A DNA stretch of 64,000 nucleotides from an uncultured Gemmatimonadales bacterium (GTDB taxonomy: Bacteria; Gemmatimonadota; Gemmatimonadetes; Longimicrobiales; RSA9), in assembly GCA_963708135.1 (NCBI GenBank), contig OY970192.1, positions 3,744,001 through 3,808,000 of the forward strand, in the 5' to 3' direction. Shown piece after piece: positions 30,776-40,758 of the stretch (position 1 is the first letter of the stretch; every line of letters begins with the position of its first letter). The notes beneath the pieces were generated by a model. It worked only from the letters and a program-made list of their open reading frames with translations, did no database searches and had not been told where the DNA came from. The translations under genes were made by a program, and so were the position numbers.

Positions 30776-33161
30776 GTGGCGACATTTCCTGTTGCGGCGA
30801 CCCCCCGTGCCGCCTCGCCCTCGTGGGCCGCATCCCTCGTGGTGCTCGCCTCTCTCGCCTGCCTGGCCGGCTGCGGCGGCCGCACGGCGGCGACGGGGCC
30901 GGCGCCGAGTCGCGCCGCTGCGCCGGCGCGCGCCGCGGCGGCGGACACCGGCATGGCGGCGGCCGCCGCCCCGGCCGCGAGAGTGCCCGCGACGCCGGCC
31001 GACACCGGGCGGGCGCGGATGGACGCGTTCGTCGATTCGCTGCTCGCGCGCATGACGCTCGAGGAGAAGGTCGGGCAGCTCACGCAGCTCCCCGGAAGCG
31101 GCACGGTGACGGGGCCCGCCGGACCGACCGGCGGGGCGGCGGCGGTGCGGGCGGGGATGGTCGGCTCGTTCCTCGGGCTCTACGGCGTGGACTCCACGCG
31201 CGTGCTGCAGCGGCTCGCCGTGGAGGAGTCGCGGCTACGCATCCCGCTGCTCTTCGGCTTCGACGTCATCCACGGCTTCCGCACCATCTTCCCCGTCCCG
31301 CTGGCGGAGGCCGGCAGCTGGGACACGGCGGCCGTGCGGCGGTCCACGCGGACCGCGGCCGACGAGGCGACGGCGGCGGGCGTGCACTGGACGTTCGCGC
31401 CGATGGTGGACATCGCGCGCGACCCACGCTGGGGACGGATCGTGGAGGGCTCGGGCGAGGACCCATACCTGGGCTCGGCGATGGCGGTGGCGCGCGTGCA
31501 CGGCTTCCAGGGGACGGACCTGGCGGCGGACAGCACGCTCATGGCCACCGCCAAGCACTACGTCGCGTATGGCGCGGCGCAGGGCGGCCGCGACTACGAC
31601 GTCGCCGACATCTCGCGGCGCACGCTGCGGGAGGTCTACATGCCGCCGTTCCACGCGGCGGCGGACGCGGGGGTCGGCTCCGTGATGGCGTCCTTCAACG
31701 AGGTGAACGGCGTGCCGATGCACGCCAACGGCGCCCTGCTGGGCGGCGTGCTGCGGGACGCCTGGGGGTGGCGCGGCATGGTCGTGAGCGACTGGGCGGG
31801 GATCGAGGAGCTGATCGCGCACGGCGTGGCCGCCACGCCGGCGGACGCGGGGCGGCTGGCGCTCGAGGCCGGGGTGGACATGGACATGGTCGACGGCGTC
31901 TACGCGCGGGCGCTGCCGGGGCTGGTCCGGGCGGGGACGGTGCCGCCGGTCCGCGTGGACGAAGCCGTCCGGCGGGTGCTGCGCGCAAAGTACCGGCTCG
32001 GCCTGTTCCACGACCCGTACCGCTACGACGACCCCGCGCGCGAGCGGGCGGAGCTGCTCGCGCCGGCGCACCGCGCGGCGGCGCGCGAGGTCGCCCGCGA
32101 GTCGATGGTGCTGCTCAGGAACGACTCCGCCGCGCTGCCGCTGTCGAAGTCGCTCGGCACCCTCGCCGTGGTGGGCGCGCTCGCGGCCGACACCGCGTCC
32201 GTGCTGGGGAGCTGGGTGGGGGCGGGGCGGCCGTCCGAGGCGGTGAGCGTGCTGGACGGGATCCGGCGCGCGGTCGGCGCGCGGACACGCGTGCTCTACG
32301 CCCGCGGCGGCGGCCCGACGGACGACGACACGAGCGGCTTTGCGGCGGCCGTCGCCGCCGCGCGTCGCGCCGATGCCGTGGTGCTCGTCGTCGGTGAGAC
32401 GGCCCACATGAGCGGCGAGGCGGCGAGCCGGGCGTCGCTCGGGCTGCCGGGGGCGCAGCTGCGGCTGGCGCAGGAGGTCGTCGCCACGGGCAGGCCGGTG
32501 GCCGTCGTGCTCATGAACGGCCGCCCGCTCGCCATCCCATGGCTCGACGCGCACGTCCCCGCCATCCTCGAGGCCTGGTACCTGGGCAGCGAGAATGGGG
32601 AACGCCGTGGCCGACGTGCTGTTCGGGGACTACAACCCCGGCGGCAAGCTGCCGGTGACCTTCCCGCGCGCCACGGGCCAGGTGCCGATCTATTACGCCC
32701 ACACCAGCACGGGCCGGCCGCCGAAGGCCGAGGACAACTACACGTCGAAATACCTCGACGTCCCGTGGACGCCGCTGTACGCGTTCGGCCACGGGCTCAG
32801 CTACACCACGTTCTCGGTGTCCGCGCCGACGCTCTCCGCGGCGCGGATCCGGGACGGCGACACGCTCGCCGTCTCGGTGGACGTGGCGAACACCGGCCGA
32901 CGCGCGGGCGCCGAGGTGGTCCAGCTCTACATCCGCGACGAGGTGGCCAGCGTCACCCGCCCGGTGATGGAGCTGCGGCGGTTCCGCCGCGTCGAGCTCG
33001 CGCCCGGCGAGCGCCGCACGCTCGTCTTCCGGCTCGACCGCGACGACCTTTCCTTCCTCGACGCCGACCTCCGCCGGGTGGTCGAGCCCGGCTTCTTCCA
33101 GGTTCTCGTGGGCGACGCCTCGGACCGCGTGAAGGCGGCGCGCTTCGAGCTGGCGCGCTGA
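30776..33161 (+). pseudogene. GH3 beta-glucosidase (BglX-like lipoprotein) with a +1 frameshift at ~32594 (may be a sequencing error); start uncertain
   Basis: LAGC lipobox, MTLEEKVGQL, DVIHG, RDPRWGR, KHY, VSDW, GEAASR; GAG-A-ATG-GGG breaks the frame, which resumes as GNAVADVLFGDYNPGGKLP with an Fn3-like end. Confidence 0.85.
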
Positions 33162-33220
33162 GCGGCGCGGTCTCGAGGATCCTTGCGCCCGCCACCGCCC
33201 CGAGCCACGGAGACGGATCC

Positions 33221-33835
33221 CTGGACACCCTGACGGTACACGGCCTGAGCCGGCGCTACGGCCCGCTCCAGGTCCTCGACGACATCGACTTCTCCGTCCC
33301 GCCGGGATCGGTGCTGGGCGTGCTCGGGCCGAACGGCGCCGGCAAGACCACGCTCCTGCGCTGCGTGGTCGGCGCGGAGCGGCCGGACGCGGGCGTGGTG
33401 CTGCTCGAGGACCGCCCGCTGGACGAGACGGAGCCGTGGGTCCGCGCGGCCATGGCGGCGGCGCTGGACGACATGGACTTCTTCCCGGACCTCTCGGTGG
33501 TCGAGCACCTGGAGCTCCTGTCGTTCGCCCACGGCGGCCAGGGCGCCGTGGAGGAGGTGGTGGCGGAGCTCGGGCTGGATGCGGCCCGCGACCAGCTCCC
33601 CGCCACGCTGTCGTCCGGCCAGCGACGCCGGCTCGCCCTGGCCTCCTGCTTCGTGCGGCCGCGGCGGCTGCTGGTCCTCGACGAGCCCGAGCAGCGGCTG
33701 GACGTGCGCGGCCGCGCCTGGCTGACGGAGCGGCTGCTGCGGGAGAAGGCGGCCGGGACGGCCGTGCTCATGGCGTCGCACGACCCGGAGCTCACCCTCG
33801 CCGTGGCCGACGCCACCCTCGAGCTCGGCGCGTGA
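33221..33835 (+). CDS. ABC transporter ATP-binding protein (start uncertain, apparently CTG)
   Basis: Walker A GPNGAGKTT, LSSGQ signature, LLVLDEPEQRLD, ASHD. Confidence 0.88.
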   Translation: MDTLTVHGLSRRYGPLQVLDDIDFSVPPGSVLGVLGPNGAGKTTLLRCVVGAERPDAGVVLLEDRPLDETEPWVRAAMAAALDDMDFFPDLSVVEHLELLSFAHGGQGAVEEVVAELGLDAARDQLPATLSSGQRRRLALASCFVRPRRLLVLDEPEQRLDVRGRAWLTERLLREKAAGTAVLMASHDPELTLAVADATLELGA

Positions 33836-35238
33836 GCGCGGCCGCCGCCGCCCTGGTGCCGCGGGCGCGGGAATGGCGCGCGCGTCTGAGCCGCGCCCGC
33901 CGCGCCCATCACGGCCGCTCCCGTGGGGATGTCCTGACCGACCTCTACATGATGCTCTGGCTCGGGGTCGTCTACGGCGGGATCCTCATCTCCGACGTGC
34001 GCGACCACCTCGGCGGTCCCCCGGGCGCGCCGGGCGCCGCCCTCGAGCGGGCGTGGCTGGGCACCGGGGTGCTGCTCGCCGGCGCGGGCGGCCTCTGGAC
34101 CATGCTGCGCTCGCTCGGCCCGCTGCTCGCCACGCCGGCCGAGCAGGCCTGGGGCCTCTCCACCCCGATCGACCGGCGCGGCTGGCTGCTGCCGCGCTTC
34201 GCCCGGCTCACCGGCGGCGGCGCGCTCGCCGCCGCCCTCGCCGCCGCCGCGTTCTCGATCCTGGCCGTCCGCGGCGCCGGGCTCGGCCTCACGGCGCTGG
34301 CGGGGCTGGGTTGGGGGGCGGCCGGCGTGGCGCTCGCCGTCGCCGCGCAGGGGGCGCCGGCCGGGCGCCGCTGGCCGGCCGCCGTCGGCCGGGCGCTGCT
34401 CGCCGCGGGCGCGGCGGCGGCCGGGGCGGTCGTCGCCGCGCGTTACGGCGGTCGGGCGCTCCCGCGGCCGGCTGGCCCGGTCGCGCCCGGCCTCGCGCTC
34501 CTGGGCGCCGTGGCCGCCGTGGCCGCCGTTACTCCGGCGCTCCGGGTGCTCGGACGACTCGACCGGGCGGCGCTCGGGGAGGGGGCGGCGCTCGCGGGCG
34601 CGGCAGTGTCGGCGGCCGTCGGCATCGATCCGTGGCAGCTCTCGCGCATGATCGAGCTGCGCCGCTGGCGGCGCCTGGCGCGGGTCCGTAGCCGCCCCTT
34701 CCCGCGCGCCCTCCCCGGCCGGTGGGGCGCGCTCCTCGCCGCCGAGATGCGGCGCGCCACGCGGCGGCCGGGCGCGCTCGCCATGTGGGCGGCGCTCGCG
34801 CTCGCACAGTACGCCGTGGCCGTGGTGGCGCCGTCGCTCGCGGCCCCCGCCCACGTCGTGGGCGCCTACCTGGCCGCCGGTCGGCTCGCGGGCGGGCTGC
34901 GCACTGTGGCCCGCTCGCCGGGTCTTCGCCGGGCCCTGGGTGGCGACGAGCTCCGGCTGCGCCTCGTCCACCTCGCGCTGCCTGCGCTCGGCACCATCCT
35001 CTGGTGGGCGCTCACCTTCCCGGCCGGTGGACCCCCTCTCGGCCCCGCCGAGATCCTGCTCGTGGCCGGCGTGGTGGCGGCGGCGTACCGGGCGGCCACC
35101 CGCCCGCCGATGTCCTACGGCGGCGCGCTGATCGAGACGCCGATCGGGCTCGTCCCCGTCGAGCTGATCCGCCAGCTCGCGCGCGGCCCCGACGTGCTCG
35201 CGGTGGTCATGATCGCGCAGGCGCTGCTTTCGCGCTGA
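33832..35238 (+). CDS. Polytopic membrane protein, probable ABC permease partner (DUF6297-like)
   Basis: GTGA overlap with the ATPase; many hydrophobic segments; GP...W.LSTPIDR and C-terminal TPIGLVP..L..GPD. Confidence 0.7.
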   Translation: MSAAAAALVPRAREWRARLSRARRAHHGRSRGDVLTDLYMMLWLGVVYGGILISDVRDHLGGPPGAPGAALERAWLGTGVLLAGAGGLWTMLRSLGPLLATPAEQAWGLSTPIDRRGWLLPRFARLTGGGALAAALAAAAFSILAVRGAGLGLTALAGLGWGAAGVALAVAAQGAPAGRRWPAAVGRALLAAGAAAAGAVVAARYGGRALPRPAGPVAPGLALLGAVAAVAAVTPALRVLGRLDRAALGEGAALAGAAVSAAVGIDPWQLSRMIELRRWRRLARVRSRPFPRALPGRWGALLAAEMRRATRRPGALAMWAALALAQYAVAVVAPSLAAPAHVVGAYLAAGRLAGGLRTVARSPGLRRALGGDELRLRLVHLALPALGTILWWALTFPAGGPPLGPAEILLVAGVVAAAYRAATRPPMSYGGALIETPIGLVPVELIRQLARGPDVLAVVMIAQALLSR

Positions 35239-35254
35239 CGCGCCGCCGCCGCGC

Positions 35255-35477
35255 GAGCACGCCGCCGCACGCCTCGGCAGCACGGCACCACGGCGCCGGA
35301 GCACGCCGGAGCACGCCGGACCGCACCGCCGGAGCACGTTTCGGCAGCACGCCACCGGAGCACGCCGGACCGCACCGCCGGAGCACGTTTCGGCAGCACG
35401 CCGCCGGAGCACGCCGGACCGCACCGCCGGAGCACGTTTCGGCAGCACGCCGCCGGAGCACGCCGGAGCACGCCGCC
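35255..35477. repeat. 49-nt tandem repeat (3 full copies, 35305-35451) built from GCCGGAGCAC-like subunits
   Basis: Unit GCCGGAGCACGCCGGACCGCACCGCCGGAGCACGTTTCGGCAGCACGCC, with partial copies on both flanks. Confidence 0.9.
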
Positions 35478-35521
35478 ATGACTGCGGGTGTGGCCGGGCG
35501 TAGGCGGTGAGTCGCTCGGGG

Positions 35522-35945
35522 AGCATAACCCGCCGCTCGCCATGCTCCGGCGCGCGAGTGGCGGGCTGTGCTGCGTACACCGGCACAACTCGCCGCTCGT
35601 TCTCTCCGGTTTCATCGAGTGGCGGATTGGGACGGCCCCGCGTGTGCAATCCAACTCTCGTTCCCGGAACGCGGGCGAGTGGCGGGTTGTGCAGGACGCG
35701 CCCTGTGCATCCGACTCTCGTGCCCGGAACGCGGGCGAGTGGCGGGTTGTGCAGGACGCGCCCTGTGCAATCCGACTCTCGTGCCCGGAACGCGGGCGAG
35801 TGGCGGGTTGTGCAGGACGCGCCCTGTGCATCCAACTCTCGTTCCCGGAACGCCGGCGAGTGGCGGGTTGTGCAGGACGCGCCCTGTGCATCCGACTCCC
35901 GTGCCCGGAACGCGGGCGAGTGGCGGGTCGTGCAGCGCGCGCCCT
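35522..35945. repeat. 60/61-nt period array (2 divergent + 5 near-identical units), hairpin-forming
   Basis: GAGTGGCGG recurs at 35556, 35617, 35677, 35737, 35798, 35858 and 35918. Confidence 0.92.
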
Positions 35946-36121
35946 TCGTGCAGGAACGGGCGCGAGCGCCGGCAGCCGAGGACGCGGCCGGGATCGTCGC
36001 GAACCGCGCACCGAAGGTCGGCGCAGCCCGGCCGGGCTCCCCTCACCCGCCGCTCCCCCGCGGTGTGCCCCGCTCACGCCCACCCGCACCCCCACGCACG
36101 GTCGGCGCAGCTCCGGACCGG

Positions 36122-37036
36122 CTACTCGGCCACGACTCCCGCTCGGAGCCGTTCCGGCGCGGCGATCCCGTCGGCTTCCCTTCCCCAGGCGTGGAACCCC
36201 GCCGCGGCGACGGCAAGGAGGATGAGCACGCCGGCCGTTCCCATGAGCCCGCCGGCCATCTGCTGGTCGGCGACGGCCGTGATGCCGTGCACGGGCGGCG
36301 CCAGCTCGTAGGTGCGATACTGCGGCCAGTCGGCCACGAGCAGCCAGACGGCGATGCCCATCGCGGGGAGCAGCGCCACATAGAGGTAGAGGATCCGGAG
36401 CGGCCCCGCGGCCACGCGCCCGCCGGGCCGCGGCGAGAGGAGCGGCCACCACAGGGCGAGGCCGGCCGCGAGCCAGGCGAGGTCGAGGGCGAGCGCGCCG
36501 AGCTGAGAGGCCATGAGGGCGTCCACGACCGGCGGCAGGTGCCCCGCCACGATGAGCGTGGAGGAGACGGCGACCGCCGCCGCCGCACCGACGAGCCGCC
36601 GGCGCCCGGACGAGCGGCCGGCGCGCGAAGCGCCAGTGGGCGAGCCGGCGGCGAGAGCGCTCGAGCGACCGGCGGCGGCGCTCGGGCCGCCGTCGCCGGA
36701 CCCCTCCCCCGGCCAGCGGCCGCCAGACGTCGCGGTCCCGTCCGGAATCGCGCCGAGCAGCAGCGGCGGCGCGAGCAGCACGATGAGCAGGAACTGGAGC
36801 ATGTGCGCGGACTCGAGGTACCCCGCCCCGAGCGGGCCGAGCGGCCAGTCGAGCGCGGCCCAGAGGAGGAGCAGCCCGGCCGCGGCCCGGAGCGGGCGCA
36901 GGCGACCCTTCCACCGGAGCGCCATCCCGGCGCCGAGCGCCAGGATGAACAGCCAGACACCGGGGTAGGGGCGCCACGCTCCGGTCCACACGCCGCCGCG
37001 GGCGGAGCACCACCACTGCACGCCCGGGGCGATCAC
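36122..37036 (-). CDS. ctaG: Cytochrome c oxidase assembly factor (Caa3_CtaG family)
   Basis: ALDWPLGPLGAGYLESAHMLQF...APPLLLGA, WWP, DQQMAGGLM; coupled to the SCO gene. Confidence 0.82.
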   Translation of the reverse strand: MIAPGVQWWCSARGGVWTGAWRPYPGVWLFILALGAGMALRWKGRLRPLRAAAGLLLLWAALDWPLGPLGAGYLESAHMLQFLLIVLLAPPLLLGAIPDGTATSGGRWPGEGSGDGGPSAAAGRSSALAAGSPTGASRAGRSSGRRRLVGAAAAVAVSSTLIVAGHLPPVVDALMASQLGALALDLAWLAAGLALWWPLLSPRPGGRVAAGPLRILYLYVALLPAMGIAVWLLVADWPQYRTYELAPPVHGITAVADQQMAGGLMGTAGVLILLAVAAAGFHAWGREADGIAAPERLRAGVVAE

Positions 37037-37818
37037 GGCGCGCCGCGGGGTCCGCGGGGATGCTCCGCGGAATCGGCGCCCGCGCGGGGGATGGACGCCG
37101 CGCGCGGGTCCGCGCCGGGATACGTCGCCAGCAGGCGGGGCAGGTCGTGGGCGAGGTCGGACTGGAGCGTGCCGAAGGGGTAGGCCACGTGAGCGCTGTC
37201 ATCGGGCGTGAACGCCAGCAGCTGCGCCGCATGGCCCACGCCGTACGCGCCCGCGCCCCGGCCCGCCGCGCCGCTGTCGCGCACCGCCACCGCCACGCCC
37301 AGCGCACGCTCGATCGCGCCCACCTGCGCCTCGGTCCCGCGCAGCCCCACGAAGCGGACGAAGCGCGTGGGGAAATGGTCGAGCCACGCGCGCAGCCGCG
37401 CCGGTGTGTCGCGTGCCGGGTCCACCGTCACGAACACGACGCTCGTGCGACGCACCACCTCGGGCGGCATCCGGTCGAGGACCGCCGCCACGTTCCCCAT
37501 CTGCACGGGGCAGACGTCGGGGCAGTGTGTGTAGCCGAAGTAGAGGAGGGTCAGCCGGCCGCGCGTCCGGGCGCGGAAAGCGTACGGCTCGCCACGCGTG
37601 TCGAGCAGCGTGAAGTCGGGCCGCGGGAGCGCGCTCGGGAGCATGGTGCCGCGGAGGCTCTCCCGGCGCGCGGGGGCGGCGCCGCCGCAGGCGGACAGGA
37701 GGGGCAGCAGGAGGAGAAGCGGCAGCGCGCCGGCGCGCAGGAGCACGCCCGTCCCGCGGGGGAAGGGCCGGCGGGATCGGCCCCATCGCCGTGGAGGAGC
37801 CCGGCGGACCGGTTGCAT
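37033..37818 (-). CDS. SCO1/SenC copper chaperone lipoprotein
   Basis: LSAC lipobox; FGYTHCPDVCP (CxxxC), VTVDPARDT, conserved His in YGVGH. Start uncertain. Confidence 0.9.
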   Translation of the reverse strand: MQPVRRAPPRRWGRSRRPFPRGTGVLLRAGALPLLLLLPLLSACGGAAPARRESLRGTMLPSALPRPDFTLLDTRGEPYAFRARTRGRLTLLYFGYTHCPDVCPVQMGNVAAVLDRMPPEVVRRTSVVFVTVDPARDTPARLRAWLDHFPTRFVRFVGLRGTEAQVGAIERALGVAVAVRDSGAAGRGAGAYGVGHAAQLLAFTPDDSAHVAYPFGTLQSDLAHDLPRLLATYPGADPRAASIPRAGADSAEHPRGPRGAP

Positions 37819-37943
37819 GCGGCTGGCCTCGTGCGCTGTTGCGGTGTCGAGGGCGAGGCGGCTGCAAGCGGCGGGCCGGGAGGTGGCGCCGGGAGGTCGC
37901 GCGGCGCACGAATGGCGCCGGAGCGGCGCGGCGGGAACGTCGC

Positions 37944-39197
37944 CTACCGGGGCTGCACCGCGGCCGGCGCATGGCTGGCCGGGCGGGCCGTGAGATCCTT
38001 CAGGTGGTCGAGGGTGAAGACGGCGGGGCCGGGCGTGCCGTCGCGGTTCCACAGGTCGAACTCGGGCGCCCAGTACATGACGCCGAGCGTGCGAGGTGCC
38101 TTCCTCACCGTGTTGACGAGGTCCACCATGAACTGCAGCCGCCCCTCGGGCGTCACGGGCCAGAGCATGTCCGGATTGGCGGCGCCGTGCGAGGGGCCGT
38201 AGCCCGTCTCGGCGACGAGGAAGTCCTTGTGATACCGGCGCGCGCTCTCGTTCATGTTCCGCCACAGGTCCTCGAGCGTGCCGTGGCGCCAGGGCGGATA
38301 GAAGCTCTCGGCGATGATGTCGTAGGGCACATGGGCGGCCTCGATGTGGTCGAAGAACCACTTCGTGGTGGCCCAGTCGCCGCCGCGGTCGATGTGGAGG
38401 GCGATGCGCGGCGGCGTGTCTCCTCCGGCGCCCTCCATCACGCCGCGGACGCCCGCCTCGAGCAGCCGCGTCAGGTTGTTCCACTGCATGACGGAGTCGT
38501 AAGGCTCGGGCGGGTTGTACTTCTGCGACCCCGGAATGGCCAGCTGCGCCGTCGGCCAGAGCATCCCGCGCGTGATCTCGTTGCCGACCTGGACCCAGTC
38601 CGGCATGGCGCCGGCGGCCTTGAGCGAGGCGATGGTCTGGCGGCTGTAGCCCTCGACCACCTTCTCGAGCGAGTCGATGCCGAGCCCGCGCCACGCGACC
38701 GGCGTCTCCTGGTGCTGCGGGTCCGCCCAGGTGTCGGAGTAGTGGATGTCGAGCAGGAGAAGCGCCCCGGAGGCCTTGATCTTCCGGGCCAGCGGGATCG
38801 TGTTCTCGAGCGAGTTGTCGGGCGCCTCCCGCGTGGGCGAGACGAACACCCGCAGCCGGAACGCGTTCCAGCCGTGCCGCTCGAGGATGGTCATCTCGTC
38901 CGACGACTTGCCGCCCTCCTGGTACGGTGGCAGGCGCCAGCGCGGCGGGCGCGGCGCCGCGAGGGCCGAGATGTCGGCGCCGAGAATGAAGGCCGGCGGC
39001 CTGGTGGGAGCCGGGGCGCGGCCCGGACCCACGCCAGCCGGCGGAGGCGCCCCGGCGGGCCGCGGCCGCGCGCCCGTCGAGAAGGCCAGGAGCGAGGAGA
39101 GCAGCGCCGCGGCCACGAGCGGAGCGGCGGCCGGGCCGCGCATGCGGGCGGCGGCGAGGCCCGGAAACCGGGCACTGGAGCGATGGATCGGGTCCAT
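37944..39197 (-). CDS. GH53 endo-beta-1,4-galactanase
   Basis: GADIS, RLRVFV, DIHYSDTWADP, QVGNE (acid/base), AETGY (nucleophile), YWAPE; signal peptide. Confidence 0.9.
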   Translation of the reverse strand: MDPIHRSSARFPGLAAARMRGPAAAPLVAAALLSSLLAFSTGARPRPAGAPPPAGVGPGRAPAPTRPPAFILGADISALAAPRPPRWRLPPYQEGGKSSDEMTILERHGWNAFRLRVFVSPTREAPDNSLENTIPLARKIKASGALLLLDIHYSDTWADPQHQETPVAWRGLGIDSLEKVVEGYSRQTIASLKAAGAMPDWVQVGNEITRGMLWPTAQLAIPGSQKYNPPEPYDSVMQWNNLTRLLEAGVRGVMEGAGGDTPPRIALHIDRGGDWATTKWFFDHIEAAHVPYDIIAESFYPPWRHGTLEDLWRNMNESARRYHKDFLVAETGYGPSHGAANPDMLWPVTPEGRLQFMVDLVNTVRKAPRTLGVMYWAPEFDLWNRDGTPGPAVFTLDHLKDLTARPASHAPAAVQPR

Positions 39198-39481
39198 GGC
39201 GCAGATGTAGCCGCGGTGGCCGGGCAGGTCAACAAGGCGACGCGCGGCCGGAGGCGACGTCGCCTCTCCACCGCCGTGGGCGAAGCAGGCCTCCGGAGCC
39301 GCGGGATCCCGTGGCCGGCTCGACCGGCGGGATCCGCGGTGCGCTCCCGTGTCTTGGGCGGGAGCAGCGCCCGGCCCGCGGCGCGCCGGCCCCGTGCCGC
39401 GGGATCGCGGCGCCGGGCGGGTGCGCGGTCCGGACCGCGCCCCAGCCTCGACCCCCGGCCAGAGCAGGAGATCGGAGCCCA

Positions 39482-40453
39482 GTGCCCACACGTCCCCACC
39501 CCGCCACCATCACCGAGGAGGAGACCCGCGACCTGGGATTCGGCAGCGTTGTCGCGAGGGAGAGCCGCAGGCGGCTTCTGAACAAGGATGGCAGCTTCAA
39601 CGTGGAGCGGACCGGGCTCCGCTTCGCGAGCTCGCTGAGCGTCTACCACGCGCTGCTCACGGTGTCGTGGACCCGCTTCCTCCTGGCCCTGGCGGCGGGG
39701 TACACGGCCGCCAACGCGCTGTTCGCCGTGGCGTACGTGCTGTGCGGGCCGAGCGCGCTCACCGGGCCGACGCCCGTCGCGGGCGCGCTCGCGGGCCGGC
39801 TGCTGCGTGCCTTCTTCTTCAGCGTCCAGACGCTCTCCACCATCGGCTATGGCAGGGTGGCGCCCGCCGGGCTCGCCGCCAACATCCTCGTGGCCGTCGA
39901 GGCGCTCGTCGGCCTGCTCGGCTTCGCGCTGGCCGCGGGGCTGCTGTTCGCGCGCTTCTCGCGGCCGAGCGCCTTCATCGTCTTCAGCCGCAGCGCCGTG
40001 GTGGCGCCGTACCGCGCGAGGAGGGCGCTCGAGATCCGCATCGCGAACGCCCGCCGCAGCGAGATCATCGAGCTGAACGCCCGCCTGGTGCTGAGCCTCT
40101 TCGAGGAGGTGGATGGCCGGAGCATCCGCCGCTTCCACGTGCTGCCGCTCGAGCGCGAGAGCGTGGTGTTCTTCCCGCTCAGCTGGACGATCGTCCACCC
40201 GATCGACGAGGCGAGCCCGCTCTTCGGCAGGACGGAGGCGGACCTCGTCCAGGCCGAAGCGGAGGTGCTGGTCCTGCTCACGGGCATCGACGAGACCTTC
40301 TCCCAGACCGTGCACGCCCGCTCCTCCTACCGCGCCGACGAGATCGTCTGGAACGCCCGCTTCGGCGACGTCTTCCGCCACCCCGACGGCCGCGGCACCC
40401 TCGGCATCGACATGACGCGGATCGACGCGATCGAGCGGCTGACGGGTGAGTGA
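39482..40453 (+). CDS. Inward-rectifier potassium channel (KirBac-like)
   Basis: LNKDGSFNV, AFFFSVQTLSTIGYG filter, FARFSRP, WTIVHPIDEASPL, VHARSSY. Confidence 0.92.
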   Translation: MPTRPHPATITEEETRDLGFGSVVARESRRRLLNKDGSFNVERTGLRFASSLSVYHALLTVSWTRFLLALAAGYTAANALFAVAYVLCGPSALTGPTPVAGALAGRLLRAFFFSVQTLSTIGYGRVAPAGLAANILVAVEALVGLLGFALAAGLLFARFSRPSAFIVFSRSAVVAPYRARRALEIRIANARRSEIIELNARLVLSLFEEVDGRSIRRFHVLPLERESVVFFPLSWTIVHPIDEASPLFGRTEADLVQAEAEVLVLLTGIDETFSQTVHARSSYRADEIVWNARFGDVFRHPDGRGTLGIDMTRIDAIERLTGE

Positions 40454-40758
40454 TGCGGGGCGGGGCTCCGCGCCCGGGCCGTGGCTGAGGGGTCCTATCG
40501 AACCCTGCAGATCGAGGTCATGAACGCGGACGACTCCAACAGCCTGGTCCTCATGGATTCGCCTCCCGAGGCGGCGGGCGACGCGGCGCGCGTGGCGGTG
40601 CCTGCCCGTCACCCAGTCTCCCACGCTCCCACTCTCCGGGGCCCCGGATCTTTCCCGCCCCGATACAGTAGAATCGACCGGGCCGGGCGCCCGGGGCGCC
40701 CGCCAGTTCGGGCGCCGGACGCGCCCACCGACTCGGGATTCCTCCAACGGGACCACGC

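Noticed and set aside
29312..33835. 1507-aa GH3-ABC ATPase fusion
   Set aside because: Produced by an off-frame overlap with MATE and the +1 frameshift at 32594; the real GH3 C-terminus is in another frame.
35522..35945. CRISPR array
   Set aside because: Period is CRISPR-like, but five units are near-identical along their whole length (no unique spacers), and there is no AT-rich leader or cas gene in the window.
33256..37307. Repeat-containing ORFs over the 49-nt and 60-nt arrays
   Set aside because: Periods of 49 and 61 nt break frames, and the ORFs overlap real genes in other frames or on the other strand.
36122..37818. SCO + CtaG pair away from oxidase subunit genes as a novel copper system
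   Set aside because: Detached assembly-factor pairs are common; nothing else unusual here.
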